DNA from: Candidatus Binatia bacterium
GTDB taxonomy: Bacteria; Desulfobacterota; Binatia; Bin18
Assembly (NCBI GenBank): GCA_963666315.2
Contig: CAXXHG010000010.1
Span: 1 to 64,000, forward strand
Direction: 5' to 3'
Length of the DNA: 64,000 nucleotides
Below are positions 62,476-64,000 of this stretch, in pieces (the first letter of the stretch is position 1; each line of letters starts with the position of its first letter). Below the pieces are notes generated by a model. It was not told the DNA's origin. It saw only the letters and a list, made by a program, of their open reading frames with translations, and ran no database searches. The position numbers and the translations under genes were made by a program.

Positions 62476-62622
62476 CTATTCACGTCCTACGCAATTCATT
62501 CATTCACTATGTGAGGAGTTTTTATGCAAGAGAATATACGACAAGAAAGAGGTCCTCCGGACACAACTCATAACTGTCTTTCCTGGAACCACACACACAC
62601 TACTTCTTCGAGGAGAAACACT

Positions 62623-62955
62623 ATGATCAAAAAGAACGAAAAAGGGTTTACATTAATCGAGCTACTCGTCGTCGCCATTATCGGTATCTTGGCCGCCATC
62701 GCGATTCCACAGTTTGCCTCATACCGCGCCCAGGCCTTCTGCTCCCGCGTGGAGTCAGACGTCAAAAATACGGTGATTGCACAAGAGGCTATATATGCGG
62801 ACACCGAAGCCTATGATTCCAGTCAAGACGTCTCGAGTGACGGAGTTACCGTTACGGTCACAGCCAATACAACCGATGTAGATGTATCAGCCGAACATGG
62901 CAGCTGCACGAAAGGAACCTTCTCCTTTACCGAAAGCACCGGTGTGTACGTCTAG
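62623..62955 (+). CDS. pilA: Short type IVa pilin (102 aa mature)
   Basis: KG|[31 protein letters not shown]. Two Cys. Confidence 0.88.
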   Translation: MIKKNEKGFTLIELLVVAIIGILAAIAIPQFASYRAQAFCSRVESDVKNTVIAQEAIYADTEAYDSSQDVSSDGVTVTVTANTTDVDVSAEHGSCTKGTFSFTESTGVYV

Positions 62956-62989
62956 ACAGCAGCTTAATCGCTGATTAGGATTCCGAACC

Positions 62990-63031
62990 AAGCCGGGTGT
63001 TTTCTTCGAGACGACACGCGGCTTTTTCTTT
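62990..63031 (+). terminator. Rho-independent terminator after pilin 1
   Basis: AAGCCGGGTGT..ACACGCGGCTT followed by TTTCTTT. Confidence 0.7.
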
Positions 63032-63182
63032 TGCGGACTCTATACTTCCCCCGTCCTCTGCCCCTTTCTTATCTTCGGAAATTTATACACGAGGCGAAGT
63101 CATCAGGTCTCTTTTTGTTGGGGGATTGAGCCGATCTTCGATCCATATGTCTCGAAACTTCTGCTCTCGCAACGCCCCTTTC

Positions 63183-63198
63183 TGGCATATGCCTTGCC
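63183..63198 (+). promoter_or_regulatory. Sigma54 promoter of pilin 2
   Basis: TGGCATA-TGCC-TTGCC. Confidence 0.65.
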
Positions 63199-63256
63199 GC
63201 ATACCGGATTAACAAATCACTGTCCGGTTCCGACACCTAAGGAGAGAAGGAAGGAA

Positions 63257-63607
63257 TTGAGCTTAGGGCGGGCGAGAAAGGCTTTACGCTGATTAAGCTT
63301 TTTGTCGTTGTCGCGATTATCGGGATTTTGGCAGCCATTGCCAGCCCCCAGTTCGCTGAATATCGGAGAGCAACGTATTGAGCCCGTGTCACTTCCGACG
63401 CCAAGAACGCCTTCGTGTCCATGGAGGCATACTTCGCAGCGCAGCTCGCCTACGGCACTTGCCGACACAGGATTTACGTCTACGGAGAAGATTTCAGTGA
63501 GCGTCCAACAAACAGGCTCCTTGATCATTACAGCAATAGACACAGGCGGCCAATGTGTTGGGACGTATACGCTGAGTGAGGCAAGTGGCCGGGACGCGTG
63601 GAGCTAA
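63257..63607 (+). pseudogene. Second type IV pilin, decayed
   Basis: GEKG|[35 protein letters not shown]5K substitution, TGA at 63379-63381, frameshift near 63460. Confidence 0.8.
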
Positions 63608-64000
63608 GGCGTGTTCCGCTCACTCTCCGCTTCAGCCAGAACTGACCGCGCCTCTTGCGGTTCAAACGAATACTGCTCCGCACAGAATTCACACGCCACG
63701 GAAATGTCGCCTTCCTTCTCAAGTAGCTCTTCAACCTCTTGCAAGCCTAGGGTGACAATAATGCCCTGGACGCGCTCACGCGAGCAGCGACATGCAAACC
63801 GGACCGGCATTTCGTCCACGCAGTGTGGATCAAATTCCTCAAGAACGTGGCTGAGTATTTGCCACGGGGTCCATCCGTCACGAACCATCTGGCTCACAGG
63901 GCTCGTATTCGCAACAGCTTCTTCAATGCGAGCCAGCGTGGCATCATCCGCATCGGGCATGGCCTGGATAATGAAGCCGCCGGCGGCGCTGACGGTTTCA
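63604..64000 (-). CDS. hslO: Hsp33 redox chaperone (3' part; runs off the window)
   Basis: AGGFIIQAMP, CRCSRER...CEFC zinc motif. Confidence 0.92.
   Translation of the reverse strand, partial: ETVSAAGGFIIQAMPDADDATLARIEEAVANTSPVSQMVRDGWTPWQILSHVLEEFDPHCVDEMPVRFACRCSRERVQGIIVTLGLQEVEELLEKEGDISVACEFCAEQYSFEPQEARSVLAEAESERNTP

Noticed and set aside
63379-63381. TGA at a Cys position in pilin 2 as possible selenocysteine
   Set aside because: The gene also has E5K and a frameshift, and no convincing SECIS-like hairpin follows.
1-64000. CRISPR array, integrase or transposase
   Set aside because: No regularly spaced repeats and no recombinase or transposase motifs were found, and the tRNA 3' end is not visibly duplicated.

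Overview
Bacterial chromosomal window of moderately high GC. Gene style and synteny suggest a deltaproteobacteria-like lineage such as Candidatus Binatia, but this is inference. About 1-30 kb is an accessory catabolic/redox region: a Mo-oxidoreductase, an lvaA/lvaB/lvaC-like set, SDRs, FAH, amidase, LLM and MCC-beta. It is scattered with REP-like palindromes and gene fragments, and includes an AT-richer orphan homolog of the retron Eco1/Ec86 effector and a hidden selenoprotein (in-frame UGA in WASW-U-GC followed by a SECIS-like hairpin). 30-58 kb is mostly core: folE, an unusual AMIN-TolC fusion with an AMIN paralog, rnpB, tRNA-Ile2, dnaG and rpsU without rpoD, two ClC paralogs (one decayed), grpE-dnaK-dnaJ-thiL-larB, and recO-glyQS-ppdK-aroE. 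58.7-63.6 kb is a decaying type IV pilus locus: a pilB::pilC deletion junction, an apparent PilS-PilR one-component fusion, and two sigma54-driven short pilins. The window ends in hslO. No CRISPR array, rRNA or intact transposase was seen. All family calls come from motif recognition by eye, not database searches.
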